From: Gemmatimonadales bacterium
GTDB taxonomy: Bacteria; Gemmatimonadota; Gemmatimonadetes; Gemmatimonadales; GWC2-71-9
Direction of reading: 5' to 3'
Length of the DNA stretch: 64,000 bases
Assembly (NCBI GenBank): GCA_041580775.1
Contig: JBFGDF010000003.1
Location: 2,806 to 66,805 of the forward strand
The notes beneath the pieces were generated by a model that was not told the DNA's origin, did no database searches, and saw only the letters and a list, made by a program, of their open reading frames with translations. Every line of letters begins with the position of its first letter. Position 1 is the first letter of the stretch. A program made the position numbers and the translations under genes. Positions 27,619 to 35,534 of this stretch are shown piece by piece.

Positions 27619-28083
27619 ATGACCGATCCCTTCTACGTCGCACGTGCCACGATCCACAAGATCGCCGGTACACACCGCCGGGCCGATCTGGAAGTCGGGC
27701 CGCCGATCGACTTCGGCGTGCATGGCACGATCAAGGCGCACTACAAGCTGGACGGCGAGAAGAACCTGCCGCTGCCGGTGGATTACATCGTGGCGGCCAC
27801 CGGCGGTTGAATGCTGGGAACCCTCAATGGCGCACTGGAGGTGCGCGGGATCAGCCTGCCCCCGGACGCGATCCGTGCCGACGTCACCGGCATCAACGAG
27901 GTGCGGGACCGCCTACCGGTCCTCACTGGCGTCGCGATCCACTACACGTTGCGGATCCCGGCGGGGTCGCGGGAAACGGTGGACCGCGCGCTGGCGACGC
28001 ACCAGGCGAAGTGCCCCACGGCCGCGTCGCTGCGCGCGGCCATCGAGATCACGTGGACGGCGGACGTCGAGGAGGCGGGATGA
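27619..28083 (+). CDS. OsmC/YhfA-family protein with in-frame TGA at the conserved Cys (candidate selenoprotein, or pseudogene)
   Basis: Track ORFs 27619..27810 and 27811..28083 share one frame and are separated only by TGA 27808-27810. Joined, they read ...VDYIVAATGG[TGA]MLGTLNGAL...HQAKCPTAASL..., matching the two-Cys OsmC/YhfA pattern (AAGGC...; ...KYCSV...). A GGAGG SD sequence precedes 27619. The stop overlaps the next gene's start (ATGA). Confidence 0.7.
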
Positions 28084-29906
28084 CGGACGGACGGAAGGAT
28101 GGAACGTCGAGGTGGGTGGCGTGTGTCGGCGCGCTGGTGCTGCTGGTCGCCGCACCGCTTCCGGCGCAGCAGCCGACCCTCGCCGCGGCACGCCGCTTCC
28201 TCGATCAGGCCGAGGCGCAGCTCGTGGAGCGGAGCGTACATCTCTCGCGCACCGAGTGGGTCGCGGCGACCTACATCACGCAAGACACCGAGTTGCTGTC
28301 CGCGACCGCCCAGGCCGAGTACGGGCAGCTCGTGCAGCGCTTGGCGACCGAGGCGGCGGGCTACGACGCGGTCCCCATGCCCGCTGACCTCCGGCGGCGC
28401 TTCCTCCTGCTCAAGCTCTCTCTCGCGGCTCCCCCGCCCGCGGATTCGGGGCTGGGCGTGGAGATGGCCCGGCTGCAGACCGGACTCGAAGCCGACTACG
28501 GGCGCGGAACTTACTGTCGGCCCGGTGCGGGTGGCACGCAGTGCCTCACGCTGAACGACCTGACGCGCATTCTGGCGGAGAGCCGCGATCCCGCGGAGTT
28601 GCTCGCGGTGTGGCGCGGCTGGCACGCGATTGCGCCGCCGATGCGGGACCGGTATGCCCGGTTTGTCGCCTTGGCGAACCAGGGAGCACAGACGCTCGGG
28701 TTCGGGGACGCGGGGGCCATGTGGCGCGCGGCATACGACATGCCGGCCGACGCGTTCGCGGCGGAGATCGAGCGGCTCTGGGAGCAGGTGCGTCCACTCT
28801 ACGTGGCGCTCCACGCGTACGTGCGGCATCGCTTGAGCATCTTCTACGGCCCAGCCATCGTGTCGCCCGACGGCGCGGTGCCCGCGCACCTGCTCGGCAA
28901 CATGTGGGCGCAGGATTGGGCGAACATCTTCCCGCTCGTGGCGCCGAGCGGCGTCGGCCCGGGGTACGATCTCACGGCGATCCTGCGCGAGCAGGCGCCC
29001 GACGCCCGGCAGTTGGTGCGCTACGGCGAGAACTTCTTCCTGTCCCTCGGGTTCGACTCGCTTCCCACGACCTTCTGGGAGCGCTCGCAGTTCACCAGAC
29101 CACGGGACCGGGACGTCGTGTGCCACGCGAGCGCGTGGAACGTGGACAACCGCGACGATCTCCGGATCAAGATGTGCATCGAGCCCACAGCCGAGGACTT
29201 CGTCACGATTCACCATGAACTCGGCCACAACTTCTACCAGCGGGCCTACAAGGACCAGCCGCTCCTCTACCAGACGGGCGCGCACGATGGCTTCCACGAG
29301 GCCATCGGCGATGCCATCGCACTGGCGATCACCCCCGACTATCTGGTGAAGGTGGGCCTGCTCGACCGCGCGCCCGCAGCGTCGGCCGACACCGTGCTGT
29401 TGCTGCGTCAGGCGCTGGACCGCGTGGCCTTCCTGCCGTTCGGCCTGCTGATCGACCAGTGGCGCTGGCGGGTGTTCAGTGGGGACATCGCGCCCCGCGA
29501 CTACAACCGGGTCTGGTGGGACCTGCGTATGCGATATCAGGGAGTGGCCCCGCCTGCTCCCCGCGGATCGGACGCGTTCGATCCCGGCGCCAAGTATCAC
29601 GTTCCGGCGAACGTCCCCTATACGCGGTATTTCCTCGCCGGGATCCTGCAATTCCAGTTCTACCGCGCGCTCTGTCAGGCGGCGGGCTACACCGGTCCGC
29701 TGCATCGCTGTTCGTTCTTTGGCAGCACGACGGCCGGCGAGAAGCTCGGGCGCATGCTGGCCCTGGGCGCGAGTCGGCCGTGGCCGGAGGCGCTGCACGC
29801 GCTCACGGGCCAGCGCGACATGGACGCGGGCGCGCTGCTGGAGTACTTCGCGCCGCTCAAGGTCTGGCTGGATCGCCAGAACGCGGGGGTCCCGATCGGT
29901 TGGTGA
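28080..29906 (+). CDS. M2-family peptidyl-dipeptidase (angiotensin-converting-enzyme-like), secreted
   Basis: This is the internal ATG of ORF 27558..29906 with a GGAGG SD sequence. It has a signal peptide and the motif HHELGHNFY...HEAIGDAI. Confidence 0.85.
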   Translation: MTDGRKDGTSRWVACVGALVLLVAAPLPAQQPTLAAARRFLDQAEAQLVERSVHLSRTEWVAATYITQDTELLSATAQAEYGQLVQRLATEAAGYDAVPMPADLRRRFLLLKLSLAAPPPADSGLGVEMARLQTGLEADYGRGTYCRPGAGGTQCLTLNDLTRILAESRDPAELLAVWRGWHAIAPPMRDRYARFVALANQGAQTLGFGDAGAMWRAAYDMPADAFAAEIERLWEQVRPLYVALHAYVRHRLSIFYGPAIVSPDGAVPAHLLGNMWAQDWANIFPLVAPSGVGPGYDLTAILREQAPDARQLVRYGENFFLSLGFDSLPTTFWERSQFTRPRDRDVVCHASAWNVDNRDDLRIKMCIEPTAEDFVTIHHELGHNFYQRAYKDQPLLYQTGAHDGFHEAIGDAIALAITPDYLVKVGLLDRAPAASADTVLLLRQALDRVAFLPFGLLIDQWRWRVFSGDIAPRDYNRVWWDLRMRYQGVAPPAPRGSDAFDPGAKYHVPANVPYTRYFLAGILQFQFYRALCQAAGYTGPLHRCSFFGSTTAGEKLGRMLALGASRPWPEALHALTGQRDMDAGALLEYFAPLKVWLDRQNAGVPIGW

Positions 29907-30757
29907 GGACGCTCGCGGGGCAGTCGGCCCTCGTCACCGGGACGTCGCGGGGCATTGGCCCTGTCATTGCCCGCGCGCTCGCCGGGGCAGGCGTTCGCCT
30001 GGCGCTGACGGCGCGCGACCGCACCGGCTTGGAGCGCGTGGCGGCCGGCCTCGGCGCGCCGGAGGGCACCACCCACGCCATCATCCCCGCCGATCTCCGC
30101 CACCAGATGCAGCGTGAGCGTCTGGTAGCGGAGGCCGAACAGCGCCTCGGCGGGATCGACATCCTGGTCAACAACGCGGCGATCGAGTCGGCGGGCGCGT
30201 TCCTCTCGGCGGACGCGGCGACGCTCGCGGAAACGATTGAAACGAATCTCACGGCGCCGGTGCAGCTCACCCGACTCGTGCTGCCCGGCATGCTCGCGCG
30301 CGGACGCGGCCACGTCGTCAGCCTCGCGTCACTCGCCGGCAAGAAGGGCACGCCCTACAACGCGGTGTACAGCGCGACCAAGGCGGGTCTCATCGAGTGG
30401 ACGCATGCCCTGCGGATCGAACTCGGGACGGAGCCGATCTCCCTTTCCGTGATCTGCCCCGGCTACGTGACCACAGTCGGGATGTTCGCCCGATTCGGGA
30501 TCGTCGCCCCGCGTTCCCTCGGTTCCTGCACACCTGAGCAGGTGGCGGATGCCGTGCTTCGGGCGGTGCGGCACGACAGGGCGGAACTGATCGTGAACTC
30601 GATGCCGGTCCGGCCATTGCTCGCCCTCAACGCACTCTGGCCGGGGCTCGGGGACCGCTGGATGACCCGCCTGGGGATCACCGCGTTCCAACAAAGGAAG
30701 GTCACCGGCCGCTCGGCGCGGCATCCCCCCGACACGGAGTCGGGCGACGCACGCTGA
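29903..30757 (+). CDS. SDR-family oxidoreductase
   Basis: The GTG start overlaps the M2 peptidase stop (GTGA). Motifs present are TGTSRGIG (cofactor loop), NNAA and YSATK. Confidence 0.85.
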   Translation: MRTLAGQSALVTGTSRGIGPVIARALAGAGVRLALTARDRTGLERVAAGLGAPEGTTHAIIPADLRHQMQRERLVAEAEQRLGGIDILVNNAAIESAGAFLSADAATLAETIETNLTAPVQLTRLVLPGMLARGRGHVVSLASLAGKKGTPYNAVYSATKAGLIEWTHALRIELGTEPISLSVICPGYVTTVGMFARFGIVAPRSLGSCTPEQVADAVLRAVRHDRAELIVNSMPVRPLLALNALWPGLGDRWMTRLGITAFQQRKVTGRSARHPPDTESGDAR

Positions 30758-30794
30758 CCGCTCGGCTGGGTGCGTCCGGCCGCGTTGCCCGAGC

Positions 30795-31040
30795 TTATTC
30801 CCCGGCGATCGTGTCGGCGGGCTGCAGGCACTCCTGCTCACACGTGATCGACGCGGCGCCGAACCGCCCGCACCACGTCACGGCCGGGCGCCCGCTCACG
30901 GGATCCACCGCAAGCCGCACGCGCTTGATCCCTCCCGTATGCGGACAGGCGACTCGCGTGGTCACGGCCGGCAGCGCCTGCGGCGCGAGGTCGGGCGTGA
31001 CCTGGGCGTACAGCCAGGCTTCGGTCATCATGGCGCACAT
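30795..31040 (-). CDS. Small Cys-rich hypothetical protein (81 aa)
   Basis: A GGAGG SD sequence lies 6 nt before ATG 31040. GC3 is high and the stop is TAA. Five Cys residues occur in ACPHTGG...TWCGRFGAASITCEQEC. Confidence 0.45.
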   Translation of the reverse strand: MCAMMTEAWLYAQVTPDLAPQALPAVTTRVACPHTGGIKRVRLAVDPVSGRPAVTWCGRFGAASITCEQECLQPADTIAGE

Positions 31041-31162
31041 GTCTACCTCCGGCGTGCTGTCACCATCGCCGGTCGCGGCTGAAGGCTCCATGAATTCCCG
31101 GTGAATCCGCTCCCTCTGGCGAGCCGGTGGCTCACGGCTGAAGTTCCCTGCGGAGCTCGGCC

Positions 31163-31753
31163 GTGGCTGCCTCCCGATTCGAACCGCTCCCGGGCCTGTC
31201 GGCCCACCACCGGACCTTGCTGCTGCGGGTGGCGCGGCAGGCGTTGGAGGATCACCTCAGCAAGGGCCGCCGCTCGACCCTCCACAGCGACGACCCCGTG
31301 CTGGGCGCGCCGCGCGCCACGTTTGTGACCCTGCGGCGCCGGGCGAACGGCGACTTGCGGGGCTGCCGCGGCGAGACGAGACCCACGCGGCCGTTGATCG
31401 AGGCCGTGGCGTACACGGCGATCGCGTCGGCCACGGACGATCCGCGCTTTGCGCCGGTCACCTCGCCCGAGATCCCGTCCCTCACGATCGAGATCAGTGT
31501 GTTGACCCCGCTCACACCCATCGGAGCGACGGACGTGATCGTGGGCCGTCACGGCCTCATGGTGGAGCACCGCGGACGGGCCGGTCTACTGCTGCCGCAG
31601 GTCCCGCTCGAGCAGGGCTGGGATCGCGAGACATTCCTCCGGTGGGTCTGCCGCAAGGCAGGGCTGCCGGACGACGCGTGGCGCGCCGAGGATACGACGT
31701 TGTTTGGCTTCGAGACGGTCGCCTGGGCCGAGGACGACGCAGCGGCGGTCTAG
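31163..31753 (+). CDS. AMMECR1-domain protein (AmmeMemoRadiSam system protein A-like)
   Basis: The sequence GCRGETRPTRPLIEAVAYTAIASATDDPRFAPV...IEISVLTPL...GRHGLMVEH..RAGLLLPQV is the AMMECR1 signature. Confidence 0.8.
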   Translation: MAASRFEPLPGLSAHHRTLLLRVARQALEDHLSKGRRSTLHSDDPVLGAPRATFVTLRRRANGDLRGCRGETRPTRPLIEAVAYTAIASATDDPRFAPVTSPEIPSLTIEISVLTPLTPIGATDVIVGRHGLMVEHRGRAGLLLPQVPLEQGWDRETFLRWVCRKAGLPDDAWRAEDTTLFGFETVAWAEDDAAAV

Positions 31754-31759
31754 CCGCCC

Positions 31760-32698
31760 CTAGAAGACGGCGAGGTCGGTCCCGAACACGACGCGGCCCG
31801 CGTACCCAGCGCGGACTTCGGCCACCAGCTCATCCGGCGACGTTCCCCACAGTAGTTGATGATAGAGCACCAGCACCTTCGGCCGCGCGCGGCTCGCGAG
31901 GGCCGCGAGGGCTGACGCCGACGTGTGGGCGGCCGCGTGGTACCGCTGCCACTCGGCGCTCCGCCGCGCAAATCCCGCGTCCGAATACACCTCATGAATC
32001 AGTACATCGCACCCCGCGCACGCCACGACGAGCGCGTTCGTCGGCCTGGTGTCGCCGGAGATGACGATGACGCGGTCCCGGCTGGCAAAGCGGTAGCCGA
32101 GCGCCTGCGGCCAGTCTTCGTGCGGTACGCCGACCGCGGTCACGGCCACGTTGGAGTCCTGGTATACCACACCGGGGCCGATGTCGTGCGCGACCACCTG
32201 CCACCCGGTGCCATTCTGCGGCTGGAGCCCCGCCGTCCGCCGCCGGATGTCGGCTTCGTAGGCCGCCAGCAGGTGCCGCACCATTTCGGTCGTCCCCGCC
32301 GGCCCGAACACCTCAAGCGGCCGTTCCCGTTCGAGCACCCAGGGAGTCAGGATCAAGTCGGGCAGACCAACCGTGTGGTCGCTGTGGAGATGCGTGAGGA
32401 AGACCCGGTCGAGACGATCGGGCTCCAAAGCAGTGATGCCGCGCCGCACGGCCGCCGTCGCCTGCCGCACGACACCGGGCCCGGCATCCACGAGGTAGGG
32501 CGTCCCGTCGACGATCACCGCACTGGCGGGCCCGGATCGATCGGGTTCTGCGTTGGGTGTCCCGGTACCGAGGAGGACGACATGGGTGCCGCGGGCGTAG
32601 GGGGTCGGCGCGCGCGGGGGCTCCGCTGAACGGACGGGCGCGGGCGCGCAGGCGAGGAGGGGAACGAGCACCGGCAGGGCAAGGCCCTTCCGGATCAC
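31760..32698 (-). CDS. MBL-fold metallo-hydrolase (lipoprotein)
   Basis: The GTG start overlaps the upstream stop (GTGA). The lipobox is LVPLLAC and the metal-binding motif is THLHSDHTVG. Confidence 0.8.
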   Translation of the reverse strand: MIRKGLALPVLVPLLACAPAPVRSAEPPRAPTPYARGTHVVLLGTGTPNAEPDRSGPASAVIVDGTPYLVDAGPGVVRQATAAVRRGITALEPDRLDRVFLTHLHSDHTVGLPDLILTPWVLERERPLEVFGPAGTTEMVRHLLAAYEADIRRRTAGLQPQNGTGWQVVAHDIGPGVVYQDSNVAVTAVGVPHEDWPQALGYRFASRDRVIVISGDTRPTNALVVACAGCDVLIHEVYSDAGFARRSAEWQRYHAAAHTSASALAALASRARPKVLVLYHQLLWGTSPDELVAEVRAGYAGRVVFGTDLAVF

Positions 32699-33135
32699 GT
32701 GTCGCGCTCCTCCATACGAATCACGAGCTTGAGCCCGGACCACGTCTCGTCGACCGCACAGACCTTGACGTCCACCAACCCGTGGGGCAGCGCAAGCTCG
32801 CGCACGACATCCTCGGTGACGTCGGTGGCCACCTCGGAGGCCTTCTTGGGCCACGACACCCAGATCATGCCCTCGGGCCGGATGCGGGGAATCGCTTTCG
32901 GCAGGGCGCGCGCGAGCTCGGCCTTCCGCTCGATGAAGATGTGGATCACGTCGAGCTTCCGCGCGCGGGGTCCCGTGACCGTCACCCCCTCCGGCAGCGG
33001 GTGGACGAGATCCCAGTAGCGGTCGGGGGGGTTCACCAGGGCGATGCGGAAGCCGGGCTTGATCCCGAGCTTCTTGACCAACGGACTCTCGGAGTAGTCG
33101 ACGAACTTGTCTTCCGGTGGGTGCCCCGCCGTCAT
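32695..33135 (-). CDS. DUF3052 family protein
   Basis: ATG 33135 overlaps the upstream stop (ATGA). The sequence KKLGIKPGFRIALVNPP...DVIHIFIERKAEL...GMIWVSWPKK...GLVDVKVCAVDETWSGLKLV matches my memory of DUF3052. Confidence 0.65.
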   Translation of the reverse strand: MTAGHPPEDKFVDYSESPLVKKLGIKPGFRIALVNPPDRYWDLVHPLPEGVTVTGPRARKLDVIHIFIERKAELARALPKAIPRIRPEGMIWVSWPKKASEVATDVTEDVVRELALPHGLVDVKVCAVDETWSGLKLVIRMEERDT

Positions 33136-33479
33136 GGTTCCCCTCCCGGTCCTCTTTTGTGCCCGGCCGGCGACGACGAGAGGTACTTCTCGCCTCGCAC
33201 CACATCCACGTCCGTCACCCACACCACCAGCGCGTAGTGGTCGAAGTACCGCTCGGCGAGATCCGCGAGCAGGCGATCGGCGACAGCCGGGCCAACCAGC
33301 GTCTCGATCCGTACGTTCTTGCCCTCGAACTCCGTGGCGCGCACGCCGCGGGAGCCGGCGCCCGTCACCTCGCCAAGTGTGTAGCCCGACGCGCCTGCGG
33401 CCGCGAGTTCATCCAGCAGCCGGCGCTCGAGTACGGCCTCCGCCACGATCGTCAGGAGTTTCATCCCTCTGGTGCGCAC
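33132..33479 (-). CDS. P-II-like signalling protein (SbtB-like partner of the SbtA-family permease)
   Basis: MKLLTIVAEAVLERRLLDELAAAGASGYTLGEVTGAGSRG... is a beta-alpha-beta P-II-like pattern. It lies 14-30 nt downstream of the permease gene. The start is ambiguous (GTG 33479 or ATG 33464). Confidence 0.6.
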   Translation of the reverse strand: MRTRGMKLLTIVAEAVLERRLLDELAAAGASGYTLGEVTGAGSRGVRATEFEGKNVRIETLVGPAVADRLLADLAERYFDHYALVVWVTDVDVVRGEKYLSSSPAGHKRGPGGEP

Positions 33480-33493
33480 GTCGTCCCCCGGGG

Positions 33494-34456
33494 CTACGCG
33501 CCCATCGCGCGAGCTACCACATAGAATAACGGTATCCCGATCGTCAGGTTGAACGGAAAGGTGAGGCCGAGGGCGGCCGTCAGGTAGAGACTCGGGTTGG
33601 CCTGCGGGAGCGCAATGCGCACGGCTGCGGGCGCTGCGATGTAGGACGCGCTGGCGGCGAGCACCCCCAGCACCGTCGCGCCTCCGACGGACAGTCCCGC
33701 CAGCCGGCCGACGGCAGTGCCCAGCAGGCCGTGGAGGATCGGCACCACCACGGCGAAGGCCACCAAGAACAGACCCGTATGCCGCAGATCGCGGAGCCGC
33801 CGGGCGGCGACCATCCCCATGTCCAGCAGGAAGAGCAGGAGCACCCCCTGGAACAGATCCACGAAGAGCGGCCGGACCCGCTCCAAGCCGTCCGCGCCCG
33901 CGAGATACCCGATGACCAGACCGCCGAGCAGCAAGAACACGCTGCGTCCCGCGATGACTTCGTGCGCGATCGTCCCCCAGCTGGTGCGTTCCAGCTGCCG
34001 ATGCGCAATCGCCAACGCCACCATGATGGCCGGGATCTCGAGCAGGACCACGAGCGTCGGCAGGAACGGTTCCGCCGGGACTGCCAACGCCTCCAGGAAC
34101 CCCAGGGCGGCAAAGAACGTCACGACCGACACGGATCCGTAATGCGCGGCGAGCGCCGCGGCATCAGCCACCTCGAGTCGTCCTCCGCGCCGTGCAATGA
34201 TGTACGCGATGACCGGCGTGACCAACCCGAGTCCGACGGTCACCGCGGCCGGGCGCCAGAACACCGCGAGCGACGTGCGGGCCAGTTCCGCGCCGCCTTT
34301 GAGCCCGATGGCGAGCAGCAGGTAGATGGAAAGCGCCGTATAGAGCTCGTCGGGGAACTTGAGGTCGCTCTTCACGGCCGTCGCGACGAGGCCGAGAGCA
34401 AAGGCCAGCACGACAGGGGAAAGGAGATTGAGTCGGAGGAGCTCGAGCGGATCCAC
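33494..34456 (-). CDS. Sodium-dependent bicarbonate transporter family permease (SbtA/DUF897-like)
   Basis: It is polytopic. The N-terminal LLSPVVLAFALGLVATAVKSDLKFPDELYTALSIYLLLAIGLKGGAEL matches the SbtA family signature. Confidence 0.8.
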   Translation of the reverse strand: MDPLELLRLNLLSPVVLAFALGLVATAVKSDLKFPDELYTALSIYLLLAIGLKGGAELARTSLAVFWRPAAVTVGLGLVTPVIAYIIARRGGRLEVADAAALAAHYGSVSVVTFFAALGFLEALAVPAEPFLPTLVVLLEIPAIMVALAIAHRQLERTSWGTIAHEVIAGRSVFLLLGGLVIGYLAGADGLERVRPLFVDLFQGVLLLFLLDMGMVAARRLRDLRHTGLFLVAFAVVVPILHGLLGTAVGRLAGLSVGGATVLGVLAASASYIAAPAAVRIALPQANPSLYLTAALGLTFPFNLTIGIPLFYVVARAMGA

Positions 34457-34496
34457 GCGTGGCTAGTATAGCACGGGCGCAAGAGGACCGGAATGC

Positions 34497-34532
34497 GGTG
34501 GGCCCGGTGCGCCAAGGCACACCGGGCCCGTC
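34497..34532 (-). other. Strong GC-rich hairpin between the upstream secreted-protein gene and sbtA-like gene (terminator or 5' leader structure)
   Basis: GGGCCCGGTG (34500-34509) pairs perfectly with CACCGGGCCC (34520-34529) around a 10-nt loop. The stem can be extended by G-U pairs. There is no T-tract. Confidence 0.4.
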
Positions 34533-34551
34533 ACCCACCGTGCCCCACGGC

Positions 34552-34947
34552 CTAGCGGTCGTACCGGTCGTCGTCCCAATCCGATCCCACGATGACGAGG
34601 CCCGCCGGCGCGTGATGGGACCGGTGCTTCCGGTAGGCCTTCTCGCGCTCACGCTCGAGCTGGCGATGGTATTTCGCGTGCTCCCGATCCAGCTTGCGCA
34701 ACCGCTTGGCGACCCCCCGGTGATCGTGACCGACGATCACGACCCCTCGGGGCACGACACGCACGGGGGCGGGGCGCACCACGACCGCGCGGTGCACGTG
34801 CGCGGGGTACGTCCCATAGTGCACGGTTCCCGCGAGGTGCTCGTTGACGCGGAACGAAACGGCGACGCGCAGGTCCTGCGCCTCCGCCGGGTAAAGGGCG
34901 AGCACCAGCAGACCCGCCGTGAACGCGCTGACCACGAAGCTGCGCAT
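34552..34947 (-). CDS. Secreted hypothetical protein with His/Arg-rich C-terminal half
   Basis: This is the internal ATG of ORF 34552..35142 with a GGGAGG SD sequence. It has a signal peptide (FTAGLLVLALYPAEAQ). Confidence 0.5.
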   Translation of the reverse strand: MRSFVVSAFTAGLLVLALYPAEAQDLRVAVSFRVNEHLAGTVHYGTYPAHVHRAVVVRPAPVRVVPRGVVIVGHDHRGVAKRLRKLDREHAKYHRQLEREREKAYRKHRSHHAPAGLVIVGSDWDDDRYDR

Positions 34948-35182
34948 CGCCACCTCCCTTGAGTGAGTCGGGCTGCGCTTCACGCCCCGAGAAACGCAGG
35001 GGTCGTGCCAATCGGCGAACTGCGACTGTAAGTGTCTGTTTTGTAATGAGTTGGGCTGCGCGGCGCGGTTTGAGAGCGGTGCCTGGTTGTCCTCTGTGGA
35101 GGACGGTTTCGAGCCGCGGCCACCTGCTAGATTCGCTCCCATCCCCCACGCGTCGAGCCACCCCGTGGCGAAAGGAACCCCC

Positions 35183-35509
35183 GTGCCGACCCACCCCCCG
35201 CTGGATCACCCGCAGCCGTTGGCGGCGCTCGTCGCCTACCAGGACGGCGCGATCGTCAGCCGCGTGCTCCTCAAGACCGCCGGTGGAAGCGTAACGGTGT
35301 TCGCCTTCGACACTGGGCAGGAGTTGAGCGAGCACACCGCGCCGTTCGACGCGCTCGTGCAGGTCCTCGATGGGGAAGCGGAAATCACGGTGGCGGGCGT
35401 CGTCCACCGCGTCCCAGCCGGGGAAGCGCTGCGGCTGCCGGCGAACCGCCCGCACGCGCTTCGTGCGGTCACGCGCTTCACGATGCAGCTGACGATGGTG
35501 CGCGCCTGA
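35183..35509 (+). CDS. Cupin-domain protein
   Basis: GTG start after AAAGGA. The cupin core is GQELSEHTAPFDALVQVLDGEAEITVAGVVHRVPAGEALRLPANRPHAL. Confidence 0.7.
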   Translation: MPTHPPLDHPQPLAALVAYQDGAIVSRVLLKTAGGSVTVFAFDTGQELSEHTAPFDALVQVLDGEAEITVAGVVHRVPAGEALRLPANRPHALRAVTRFTMQLTMVRA

Positions 35510-35534
35510 GGGTGCGCGACACCCACCGCGCGGT

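Noticed and set aside
27811-28083. Reading the distal OsmC-like half as an independent 90-aa gene starting at ATG 27811.
   Set aside because: The ATG directly follows the in-frame TGA with no SD sequence. The two halves together make one complete OsmC/YhfA fold, and neither half is a plausible stand-alone protein.
27942-29798. A 618-aa minus-strand ORF.
   Set aside because: It is antisense to the M2 (ACE-like) peptidase gene, and its translation is low complexity.
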